Assembly: GCA_038087875.1 (NCBI GenBank)
Contig: CM075993.1
Coordinates: 3,970,001-4,034,000 of the forward strand
DNA from: Malacoraja senta
Taxonomy: Eukaryota
DNA length: 64,000 nucleotides
Direction of reading: 5' to 3'
Positions within the stretch are counted from its first letter, which is position 1; every line of letters begins with the position of its first letter. The notes beneath the pieces are model-generated. The model did no database searches. It was not told the origin of the DNA and was given only the letters and a program-made list of their open reading frames with translations. The position numbers and the translations under genes are program-made. Below are positions 12,001 through 24,000 of the stretch, in pieces.

Positions 12001-15000
12001 TGCTATGGGATGAGGCGCAACTCATTGTAGTGTGGAAGGCTTGCATTTCACAACCAGCCATATCTATGTCCAAGTTGATCCTGTACAGTTAAATATTTCC
12101 ATTCTTGTCAACATTCCCTTTCAAATGAGTGAGACTCCTATCAATCTATGCATTCCACCTACATTCTTTTCTCTAACTTCACAATTTGCAACTCTTCAAT
12201 CCTTTTGTCTCACACCTTCTGTCTTTTCATCTTTGGCCTTTGTCTAACTATCTGCCTATCAAAGAACCCTCCTCACCTGCACCAACTTATTATCTGCCAA
12301 CGTCTGTCCTGCCTCTCCCTGCTTTCTCCCTCCCCCCCACCCCTAAAATCAGCAGAAGAAGGGTCCTCACCCAAATCGTCACCTATCCACGTTCTCCAGA
12401 GATGCTGCCTGACCTGCTGAGTTACTCCAGCATTGTGTGGTCTGTGCATGATTCCAGTTATCTGCATTTCCCTGCGTCTAGATAACTATCTTCATGGTTT
12501 GATAGCCGCACTCAGATCCTAGTTCTCCCATACGGCTCTGTGAAGGCATTAATTGTTCAAGGTTGGGTTTTTTTTTCCCGAAACTGGTTTCCATGGCAGC
12601 CCGTGCCAATGTGCCAACAGGTCATTCTGCATGGTCTACATGCCCTCTGCGCGCACAATACCTGCCCTGTGCCTACCCTGCCACAGAGGAAAGTCAACAC
12701 CTTCAAAAGAAGGATGATCAATGGAGGATCATGATACACAATAGATCAATTACCTCTTGTGGACCCCTTCCCACTCAACCCAGGGGTCCTGCTCCCTTCC
12801 CCCCGGGCAGCCATCTGCAAATAAAACATAACATAACAAATACTTTATTATGAGCGGCATTCTTTAGTAACTATTCTTTGGAATATTTTCAGGTGTTGCG
12901 TGCGTGTTTCCCTTTAAAGGGACTGAAGAAGGGTTCCGACCCAAATTGTCGCCTGTTCCTATTTGCAGCTAGATAGGGCTCTTAAAGATAGCGGAGTCAG
13001 GGGATATGGGGAGAAGGGAGGAACGGGGTACTGATTGTGGATGATCAGCCATGATCACATTTAATGCCGGTGCTGGCTCGAAAGGTCGAATGGCCTATTG
13101 TCTATTGTCTGCAGAGAATGCACCTATTGTCTATTGTCAATTGTCTGCAGAGATGCTGCCTGACCCGCTGAGTTGCTCCAGCAATTTGCGTCTATCTTGC
13201 ACCCCAGGCTGGTATCTTAGCTTTATTGCTGGTTATTGGCAGAAGTGACAGATTACAAAGATGCTTTTGGATAGACATACAGATATGCAGGGAATGGAGG
13301 GATATGGATTATGCGCAGTTAGATAAGAGATGAGTTTGGCATCATGTTCGGCATGGACTTTGTGGGCCGAGGGACCTGTTTATGTGCCATATTGTTCTAT
13401 GATCTATGTATTTAGCTAGTCCTTTCTGTCATACACAATGTTCAAGAGATGGTATTTCGCAACAACAATGATATTTAACCGTGCTAAGCTGTTCACTAGC
13501 TGCTAAAGGGCCTGTCCCTCTTGGCCGTCATTTACGCGACAGGCCGGTAGTGACTGACGCGCGACGGTCGCGTGTGTCATCATGCGTCCGCACAGCCGTC
13601 TGGAGCGCGTGACGTCATTTGAAGATAGACACAAAATGCAGGAGTAACTCAGCGGGACCGGCAGCATCTGTGGAGAGAAGGAATGGATGATGTTTCGGGT
13701 TGAGACTCTTCTTCATTCTGAAGAAGGGTCTCGACCCGAAACGTCACCCATTGCTTCTCTCCAGAGATGCTGCCTGTCCCGCTGAGTTACTCCAGCATTT
13801 TGTGTCTATCTCCAATCATCTTGGCCCCGCTCTGGGAGTAGGAGCGGATCTGGATCGGCAACAGCCGTGAGCCCCAGGCCGAGCTCGGCGATCGTTTGCC
13901 TGCTTCTGCTGCTGTTGGAGGTGAGACGTCGCGCCGCGCCAGGGTCTTGGGCCTGTCCCACTTTGGCCGTCAGTTACGCGACAGGCCGGTGGTGCGCGAA
14001 GATTTTCGTGCAGGACAAAGTCCACACTTCTCCACGCCACTCCACACTCCTCCACGCCACTCCATGTGCCCGTCCCGCGCTACCCACGCACTACCCACAC
14101 GATAGCAGATCGCGTAAATGGCGTGCGAATGACGGCCAAGTGGGACAGGCTGCTAACTCTTGCCCTGCAATACTCTTAAGCTCTGATGTAATCCCTTATT
14201 GTTGAGTACGATAACAATAAGGGATAGCTTAATATTGTTTCCACTCTAATTCTGTGTTCTGAAGCACAGCATGGGTCGACAGTCAGAACATTTATTCTAC
14301 GATGGAAACACTAGAGGGCACAGCTTTAAGGTGAGAGGGGGAAGGGGTGTAAAGGAGATGTGCGGGGCTGTTTTTTTAATATCCAGCAATGATCTTTGCC
14401 GTCATCTCCAGCACTATTCCCAACTCTACTCTTACCCCTGCCTTAACCTTAAACAACTACTTAACTCAGTGGACTAGAAATTTGTTAGCTCTGCATTAAA
14501 TTGTGGATCCCCTAAACATTGTTTACAAAATTCTAGGCAGATTCAAGATAGAAAAGGAGGTACAAAAAGGATAAGGGAATTTAAGTGGGATTTAAAGGGA
14601 TCAGATGGAAAATTATCAAGGGAAGTTTATGAACGTTTAGATTAGTTTAATAGATACAGCATGCAAATAGGCCCTTTGGGCCACGGTCCACATCAACCAT
14701 CGATTACCTGTTCACATTAGTTGCTATCTTATTCCACTTTCTCATCCACTCCCAACAAACTAAGGGCAATTTACAGCAGCCAATTAACCTACAAATCTGT
14801 TTAAGAAGGAACTGCAGATGCTGGAAAATCTGAAGAAGGGTTTCGGCCCGAAACGTTGCCTATTTCCTTCGCTCCATAGATGCTGCTGCACCCGCTGAGT
14901 TTTTCCAGCACTTTTGTCAACCTACAAATCTGCATGTCTTTGGAGTGTGGGAGAAAACCGGAGCACCCGGAGAATTCCCGCAGCCACAAGGAGAACGTAC

Positions 15001-18000
15001 ACACTCTGCACAGACAGCACCCATGGTCAGGATCGAACCTGGGTCTCAAGCAACGTGAGGCAGCAGCTCTAAAGCTGCACCACTGTGCAGCCCTGGTAGT
15101 GCTGAGGTGAAAGGGGGAACCGTGATGTTATTGAATGGTCGAGCATGCCTGCGGATTAGCCTCGCCTGCTTCAAGTATTTGTGTTTGTATGTGCAGAGAC
15201 TGAGCAAAAGAGTTGCAATGGCCAGCCTGTTAACCACTACCCTTTTGTCTTGCAGAAGTGGGGAAGATTGGAAAAGAAATCGACTTATTTTAAATAAAGC
15301 ATTGTTTACACCCCAGATCACCCAAAAGTTTGTGCCTCTTCTCAATGAAGTGGCACTGGATTTTGTGTCCATGATCTACAAAGAGATCGAGAAAAGCAGA
15401 AGAGGTAATTGGACAACCGATCTCTCAAATGATCTCTTCAAATTTGCACTCGAATGTAAGGATCCAATATTGCTTATTTATTTGGATAGTCTAATATAGA
15501 TGCATGTTATAGCCTTTTATGGAATGATTTTTCTAAACAATTTTAAATGCTCTTAATTTAAACAATTTAACATACTTATTGCTAGCATAATAGTCAAACT
15601 GCACCATTCATTGTGAATAGTATTTTGGGAATTAAATGTGTGGTGTAACTGCAAGACTTTGCTACTGTGGGGGAACTGTGGGCTTCTTGCTTTGTAATGT
15701 AATGGGATCAAGCGTGTGGGATGAGAGACATCATGTAGATCCTTGTACATTGTCTCAAACTCAACTAGTTTCCAACTGAGTCTGAAGAAGGGTCTCGACC
15801 CGAAACGTCACCTATTCCTTTTCTCCAGCCCAATGCAAATAAGACTGAAATTATTGTCTTTGGTCCCCAAAAAACAAGGCTAGAGGTGAGTGCTCAACTC
15901 GACTCAATAGCACTGAAAACCACAGACAAAGCCAAAAACCTTGGTGTAGTTATGGACTCGGATTTGAATTTTAACAGCCAAATAAAGACCATTACCAGAT
16001 CTGCCTATTACCATCTAAAAAATATTAATAATAATAATAATGGATGGGATTTATATAGCGCCTTTCTAATACTCAAGGCGCTTTACATCGCATTATTCAT
16101 TCACTCCTCAGTCACACTCGGTGGTGGTGAGCTACTTCTGTAGCCACAGCTGCCCTGGGGCAGACTGACGGAAGTGTGGCAGCTAATCTGAGCCTACGGC
16201 CCCTCCGACCACCACCAATCACTCACACACATTCACACACATTCACACTCAGGCAAAGGTGGGTGAAGTGTCTTGCCCAAGGACACAACGACAGTATGCA
16301 CTCCAAGCGGGATTCGGACCGGCTACCTTCCGGTTGTCGGCCGAACACTTAGCCCATTGCGCCATCTGTCGTCAAGAATCAAGGGATTTCTGTCCAAAGA
16401 AGACACTGAAAAACTTGTTCATGCATATATTTTTAGTAGGTTAGATTATTGTAATGGCATCTTTACAGGTCTCAATAAAAAATCAATTAAACAACTGCAG
16501 CTTATCCAAAATGCCGCTGCCAGAGTCTTGACCAACACCAAGAAAATGGACCACATTACACCTGTCCTTAAATCTTTGCACTGGCTCCCTGTGTGTAAGA
16601 GGATAGATTTTAAAATTCTGTTACTGACCTATAAGGCACTGAATGGTCTAGGTCCAAAATACATCTCTGACCTACTTGTTGTATATGAGGCGCCTGGACT
16701 CCTCAGGTCTTCAGGGACAGGTTTACTCTGTGTTCCCAGGGTCAGAACTAAAAAGGCTGAAGCAGCATTGTGTTTTTATGCTCCACACCTGTGGAACAAG
16801 CTCCCTGAACACCTGAGGTGCACAGACTGTAAGCGCATTTAAATCAGGCCTTAAAACACTGTTGTTTACTAGAGCTTTTCCATAACTTGACATGCAGGTA
16901 ACCTTAACTGTCTAATTTTAACCCTTTTATGTGCTTTTTAAAATTGTTTTATTGCTTCATTGACGTTGTTTTATTATTCATATTTGTCGTATTGCTTATT
17001 TTGCAATTTTTAATTATTGACTATTTCATTTTTTCTTTCCTGTAAAGCACCTTGAATTGCTGTTTGCACGAATGGTGCTATACAAATAAATTTGCCTTGC
17101 CTTGCCTTGCCTTTTCTCAAGAGATGCTGCCTGAGCCACTGGGTTATTCCAGCTTATTGTGTCAATCTTTGGTTTAAACCAGCATCTGCAATTCCTTCCT
17201 AAACATACATAGTGCCTCTTACAGAGAGAAATGTTCCACAATGCTTAAGAACATGAAGCACTATATTGATGCCAAGTACCATGAGGATTTACAAGGACAG
17301 ATGATCCAATGCGTAGTCGGTGAGGTAGATCCTAAAGGAGGAAAGAGAGGCAACATGGTTTAGGGACCCTGGCAGCTGACGTTGGTTAATACTGGAGCCA
17401 TTAACATTGGTGATGAACAGTGTCCCAGAAATGGAGGAGCATGGAGAATGGAGGGGATTACGGGGCTGGAGGACATTCACACAAATGGGAGTTCAAGACT
17501 TTGAAAGGATGTCAAAAGAAGGATGATAGAATGATCATGATCCACAATGGGTCATGGAGCCCAGTGGAGAAAGGTCTTTTAGACTTTGGAGCTGCAGCGC
17601 TGAACAGGTCATTCGGCCCACTGAGCCTTCACTGTCCATCGATCACCCCATATACCAGCACTATCCTACACACTAGTCACAGTCAGTCCCACATTGAAAA
17701 TATGATTTACGTGTCCAAGTCTCCGGCGTGGGACTTGAACCCACAACCTTCTGCCACATGGCAAGAATGCTCAGACACAGTTAGAACTAGGAATGTTCCA
17801 TAAGCTACATTTGGGGGTATATTCTCATGTCAGATTACCGTGTCTAACTATAGTTGTAGTTGGATTAGTGTACGTATGCTATAGGCATGTGGGGATTTAC
17901 TTGAACTTTTGAGGGAATGAACAAAGGAGGATCCGGCGTGCGGGGACCACTGTGAGAGGGGTGGGGATGGAGAACAAAGGGGGACCTGGCGCGTGGGTAC

Positions 18001-21000
18001 TTTGTAACTCTGTAAGCGCCCTTTATGTGGTGACCATTTGCATACGGGTAAGCAAGCAAAGAATCTCGCCATGACTTGTCACGTCAATTCAATTCAATTC
18101 AAAACTTTTATGAACTTTTCACTGGTTTACGCAGAGGCACAGAATAACAATGGACATTTTTCCTTGCAGCCATCTGCCACATACTGTATGGTGAACGTCT
18201 CGATATACTGCAGGGCCATCAAAATGATGCCTCGCAAAAGTTCATCGACTCGATTCCCACGATGTTCAAATCCACAACACCAATGCTCTATATTCCACCA
18301 GGTCTATTGAAGTCAATCAACTCAAAGATCTGGCAGGATCACATAGGTTCTTGGGACATCATTTTTGCTCACGGTAAGAGAAGCTGGAAATATTTCATTT
18401 ACTCTCCTGCATATTTTTAGTTTAGTTTAGTTTAGACATACAACAAGGAAACAGTCTCTTCAGCCCACCGAGTCCGCGCCGACCAGCGATCCCCACACAC
18501 TAGCGCTATCCTACACAGACCAGGGACTATTTACAATTATACCAGTCCGATTAACATTCAAACCCAATGTAACCAAGATATGTTGTAGTTTAGTTGGTGG
18601 TTGTAGTGTAATGTAGAAAGGAACTGCAGAAGAGTCTGAAGAAGGGTTTCGGCCCGAAACTTTGCCTATTTCCTTCGCTCCATAGATGCTGCCGCACCCG
18701 CTGAGTTTCTCCAGCACTTTTGTCTACAAAGGAACTGCAGATGCTGGTTCACACTGTAGACACAAAATGCTGGAGTAAGCAAGTCTGAAGAAGGGTCTCA
18801 ACCCAAAACGTCACCCATTCCTTCTATCCAGAGATGCTGCCTGTCCCGGTTGTAGTGTAGTGCCTTATGTTTATTGGGAAGAAGCTGTCCCTAAACTGGA
18901 GATCACGGTTTTCATACTCCTCTACCTTCTTCCCGATGGCAGTGTATAGCAGTGGAAAGAATTGCAGTCCACAGTCTGGTGGGATTCCTGACTTTGCCTT
19001 AAGGACCATTGCCATTTTTCATTTGTATTTAAGATATCACTGGAGAGATGGACTCACCATGGATTTTCTTAACGCAGTTGGTAGCAGCCTAATAGCTCCC
19101 CAGGAGTAGGAATTCATGTGTTTCCAGATCTTGTTTATTAGAGATGAATTGGATCCATTGATCCAAATCTTGTTAGGACACAGCTCTTTGCCCATTGCCT
19201 CCAACATTTCTCCATTAGACCACGATTGACTTCCAGGAGTTTTGAACCCTTTTCAAATTCAGCATCGAACACGGAAGAAATTATGGTCGCTGAAGGATGA
19301 AGCAATTTTTATTGATGGTTGAGTTAGCTGATTGTGAAACGGAATTAGAGTCATAGACATGTAGAGTATGGAAACAGGCCCTTCAGCCCAACTCGACCAT
19401 GACAAGCAAGATGACCATCTAAGCTAATCCCATTGGCGTGCATTGGGCCCAGATCCCTCCAAACCTTTCCTTTCCATTTTTGCGCATCGTTTGTGAATTG
19501 TTTGTGCATTGATAGTGTATTCTTTATTTTCATTCCCAGCTAATAACTGTATACAGAAAACATACAGGCAATTCCAACAGGGACTCAAAGATGATAGAGC
19601 ATACCCTGGGGTCCTAGCTGATCTTCTGCTCCAAGACCTGCTTCCTCTTGAAGACATCAGAGCCAGCATTACAGAGATCATGGCAGGCGCGGTCGACACC
19701 GTAAGAGAATAAATGTGCTTTCATTTGACTGTGAATCCTATTGCCAATAGCATTGGATGGAGAAGGGGGAGAGGTAACATAAAAGAGAATGGCCAGATAG
19801 CCTTTAAACACTGAGAAATGGCATTGCAATGGGAAAAAAATATGCAATAGTGGATTTGTAAGATGCAAGGACACTAAATGCTGAAGTAATTCAGCAGGTC
19901 AGGCAGCATCTCTGGATAACATGGATAGGTGACGTTTTGGGTGGGGACCCTTCTTCAGACTGACCCTTCTTCACCAGCATCAGTCTGAAGAAGGGTCCTG
20001 ACCCAAAACATCACCGTTGTACGTTATCCAGAGATGCTGCCTGCCCATGCTACGCACATAACTTTGTGAGATCCTGCCTGACCTGCAGAATGCTTCCGAC
20101 CTTTTCTGTTCACAGTTCAGATGATCGGCAGTTATGTTTGGGCAGATATTCGGAGGAGGGGAGATTAGGTTTGGGGTTATTATTGTCACATGTACTGAGG
20201 TACAGTGAAAAGCTTTCTTTTGCATGCTATCCAAACAGGCCGGATATACTGTACCCTACATAGATACAATCAGTTCAAATTCACATACAATAGATAGAGC
20301 AAAGGGGAAGATACAGAGTGCAAAATATATTTCTCAGCATCGTAGCACATCAGTCTGATAGACAAAGTCCAATATAGTCAATGGCGTATGAGTGCATCGA
20401 ACAGTACCCTAGCTTATGGAAGAACTGTTCAGAAGCCTGATAGTGGAGAGAAAGAAGCTGTTTCTGAGTCTGGTTGTGTGCACTTTCAAGCATCTTTATC
20501 TTCTGCTGAATGGGAGCAGGGAGCAGGGAGAAGAAAGAATGGGACATCTTTGATTATGATTAGTTGTTTGAGCAAATGACCATGGGCATGCTTAGAGACA
20601 TGATCAGAATGAGGGGAACAGGTCAGGCCAACATATTTGTTGACTACAATGGTTCAATGGAGCTTTATTTTGTCACATCTGCAATTGCACAGTGAGATTC
20701 TTTTTGCATATATTACACGTGCAGACACCGCCATGTTTTGGCACCATTATTCAAAGTCCGGTCAACCCACACGCTGGATGTGCTGATGAACAGATGAAAT
20801 GCAATGTATTAATTGCTTGAACCACCATGCAGACATGATTTAATTGGAAGTCAAACCTCAGAGATACTAGAGCCTTTGTGAACAATTAGTCGTCAATACA
20901 ATCAAAGGATTGAAAACTGAGAAGGAACTGAATAAAATTGAGTCCCAAATAAAAAGCAGGAAAAAATATTACATTGAGAAGGAAAAGGCACAATTAATAA

Positions 21001-24000
21001 AAGTAAGAAAATAATTATATTTTCCTACTTTTCTTTTATTAATTGTAATAATTAATTACAGTTAATTTTATTTCATAAAGTAATAACAATTTTTGACAAA
21101 TTTGATCATTATCAACCTCAAGTTCTTTGGTAGATGATCTATCTGTGAACAAAATAGTGTTTGTGTTTTTTTCCACAACATGCTCGTTCTATTTTTAAAT
21201 GATCTGTCTAAAAGTTGCTTACTGCCTCTTCAATCCCAAACCAGACATCCACAACCCTACTGTGGACAATGTACGAGTTGGCCAAAAATCCCCACGTTCA
21301 GGAGAATCTACGCTGTGAGGTTGTGGACGCCAACGAGAAAGCAGGAGGAGATTCCCTGCAGATGCTGAAACTGGTGCCACTCCTCAGAGCCACGCTGAAG
21401 GAAACACTCAGGTAGGAACGTCCCTGTAGTTAATACGATACGATAGAACTTTATTTCTCCCAGGAAGAAAATTGATCTGCCAACAGTCATAAAACACAAG
21501 ATACATGAATGGTGAGGGGTGGAAAGTCCAGGATTGGGGTTGTACAAAGATTGGGGGGGGGGGGGGGGGGCGGAAGGGGAGCCTTCCTAATGAGCTTGTT
21601 GAATCTGTTGGCCCCCGCGGCCTACGCCTTGCTTCCCCAGCACATGACAGCGTAGAAGATGGCACTGGCTACCACCGATTGATAGAACATCTGCAGCATC
21701 TTACTGCAGATGTTGAATGAGTGGTGCCTCCTCAGAAAATACAGGCTACAGAAAGTACAGAGAATGAAAGCAGAGGGCTGCCAGAGGATGCAGTTGAGGC
21801 AGGTACTATAACAATGTTTAAAAGACATTTGGACAGGTACGCAGGTAGGAAAAGTTTAGAGGGATATGGGCCAAATACAGGCAGGTGGGACTAACATACA
21901 TGGGGCATCCTGGTCAACATGGGCAAGTTGGGCCAAAGGGCCTGTTTCTGTTTTGCATGACTCTATGACTATTTTTTTTTAACTTCATCTTATTTATGCT
22001 GATAGTCAAACAATGTTAGGGATCCACAATAACTCTTAATCAATTCGAGGATTAATTTCAAGTTTTCAAAGTAAATGTGATGTATTTAAGTCATATGATG
22101 ACCCAACTGAAGATTCACTTAATATGCACAGACATATTATGGCCAAACAGATACATACCTCTGAATTTTCATAACACCTCAGAATTGTGAATTCTGCCTT
22201 TGTATAGATGAGGCTATGATTATTAATCTTGCTGTCAATGGCTTCATCTTTCAGCACTACTAGTGATTTAAACACTCTAAACACATCAAAATATAAAGAA
22301 AAAGAGTTAAGGATTTTTTTTCAATTACTTAGTAACGCAGGGAGGTGTAAACATAAATTAATTCAAGGTTAGAAAGTCACATTGACTCAAAGACTTTTAG
22401 AATATAATTTTTTTGTTGATGTTCTATACGAATGATTCAAAGTGCAAACTTTTAAGGCTATTTTTCTGTTCAGGCCAGCCCTGTTTTTTAAGTGCATTCG
22501 TGGGCTTCAGTATTGCAGCAGGTGCATTGCATGTAGGCTGCAAGTTAATTAATTCACTGCGACATGCCCGGTAGCATCCAAATGAGGGCATCGTTCACAG
22601 TTTTTTTCCTGGGGTAGCAGAATTCTAAACCTAGAAGATGGGTCATGTGATAGGAGAAGAATCAGGCCATTTGGCCCATCAAGTCTCCTCCGCCATTCAA
22701 TCATGGCTGATCTATCTTTCCCTCCTAACCCCATTCTTCTGCCTTCTCCCCATAAAACTTGATACCTGTACTAATCAAGAATCATCTCTGCCTTAAAAAA
22801 TATCCATTGACCTGGCTTCCACAGCAAAGAATTCCACAGATTCACCACCCTCTGACGAAATAAATTCCTCCTGATCTCCTTCCTAAAGGAACGTCCTTTA
22901 ATTCTAAGGCTATGACCTCTAGTCCTAGACTCTTCCACTAGTGGAAACATCTCTCCACATCCACTCTATCCAAGCCTTTGGCTATTTGGTAAGTTTCAAT
23001 GAGTTTCCCCCCCTTACCCTTCTAAACTCCAGCGAATACAGGCCCAGTGCTCATCAAACGCTCATCATGTGTTAACCCACCTTAAGTATGGGCTTAAGGT
23101 GAAAGGGGAGAGATTTAGGAGGGACCTTGGGGGGGCAACTTTTTCACTCAACGGTTAGACAGTTTCTGGAGTGAGCTGCCAGAGGAAGAGCTAGAAGTGG
23201 ATACGATTTACAACATTCAAAGGACATTTGGCCAGATATGTGGATAGGAAGGGTTTAGAGGGCTATGGGTCAAATACAGGCAAATGGGACTAACCCAAAA
23301 CGCCGGCTTGGTCGGCAGGGACAAAGTGGGGTGAAGGGCCAATCTCCATTCTGCATAGCTCTATGACTCCATGCATGGACTCCTGAAATTCAAATTCACA
23401 TGTACACCTACCGACTACGGATGCTGTCTACATGGAGTTTGTACCTTCTCCCCGTGACCACATGAGTTTTCTCCGAGAACTTCGGTTTCCTCCCACGCTC
23501 CAAAGACGTACAGGTTTGCAGGTTAATTGGCTTCGGATAAATGTAAATTGTCCCAAGTGTGTGTAGGATAGTGTTAATGCGCGTGGATCGCTGTTCGGTG
23601 CGGACTTGGTGGGCCGAAGGCCGCGCTGTATCTCTAAACTAAACTAAACTAAACCTGCTGATCACATTTTGCATTTCCATATATTAACAAATCTTGCCCT
23701 GCTACTTCAAGAGTTGGTATGTCCCATTTACGTAATGCTCATAAAAATATTTGTTTCTCTCTTTTTCCTCTTTCTCTTTCTCTTTCTTTTCTAGGGTCTA
23801 TTTCTTAACTCTTTTTCTTTTGTTTTTAATTTTGCTCTTATAGGGTCTTCATCCTTTTTTGTTGTCACATTTTCTACACTTTCACTTTTTCCCTCACTTT
23901 CTTCTTTCTTTCAATCTTTTCTTTTTCTAGTGTAAAAATTAAATGGAGTACATTCATTGTAAGAAGACATATGTGACGAGTACTAATGTATGTGGTTGTA

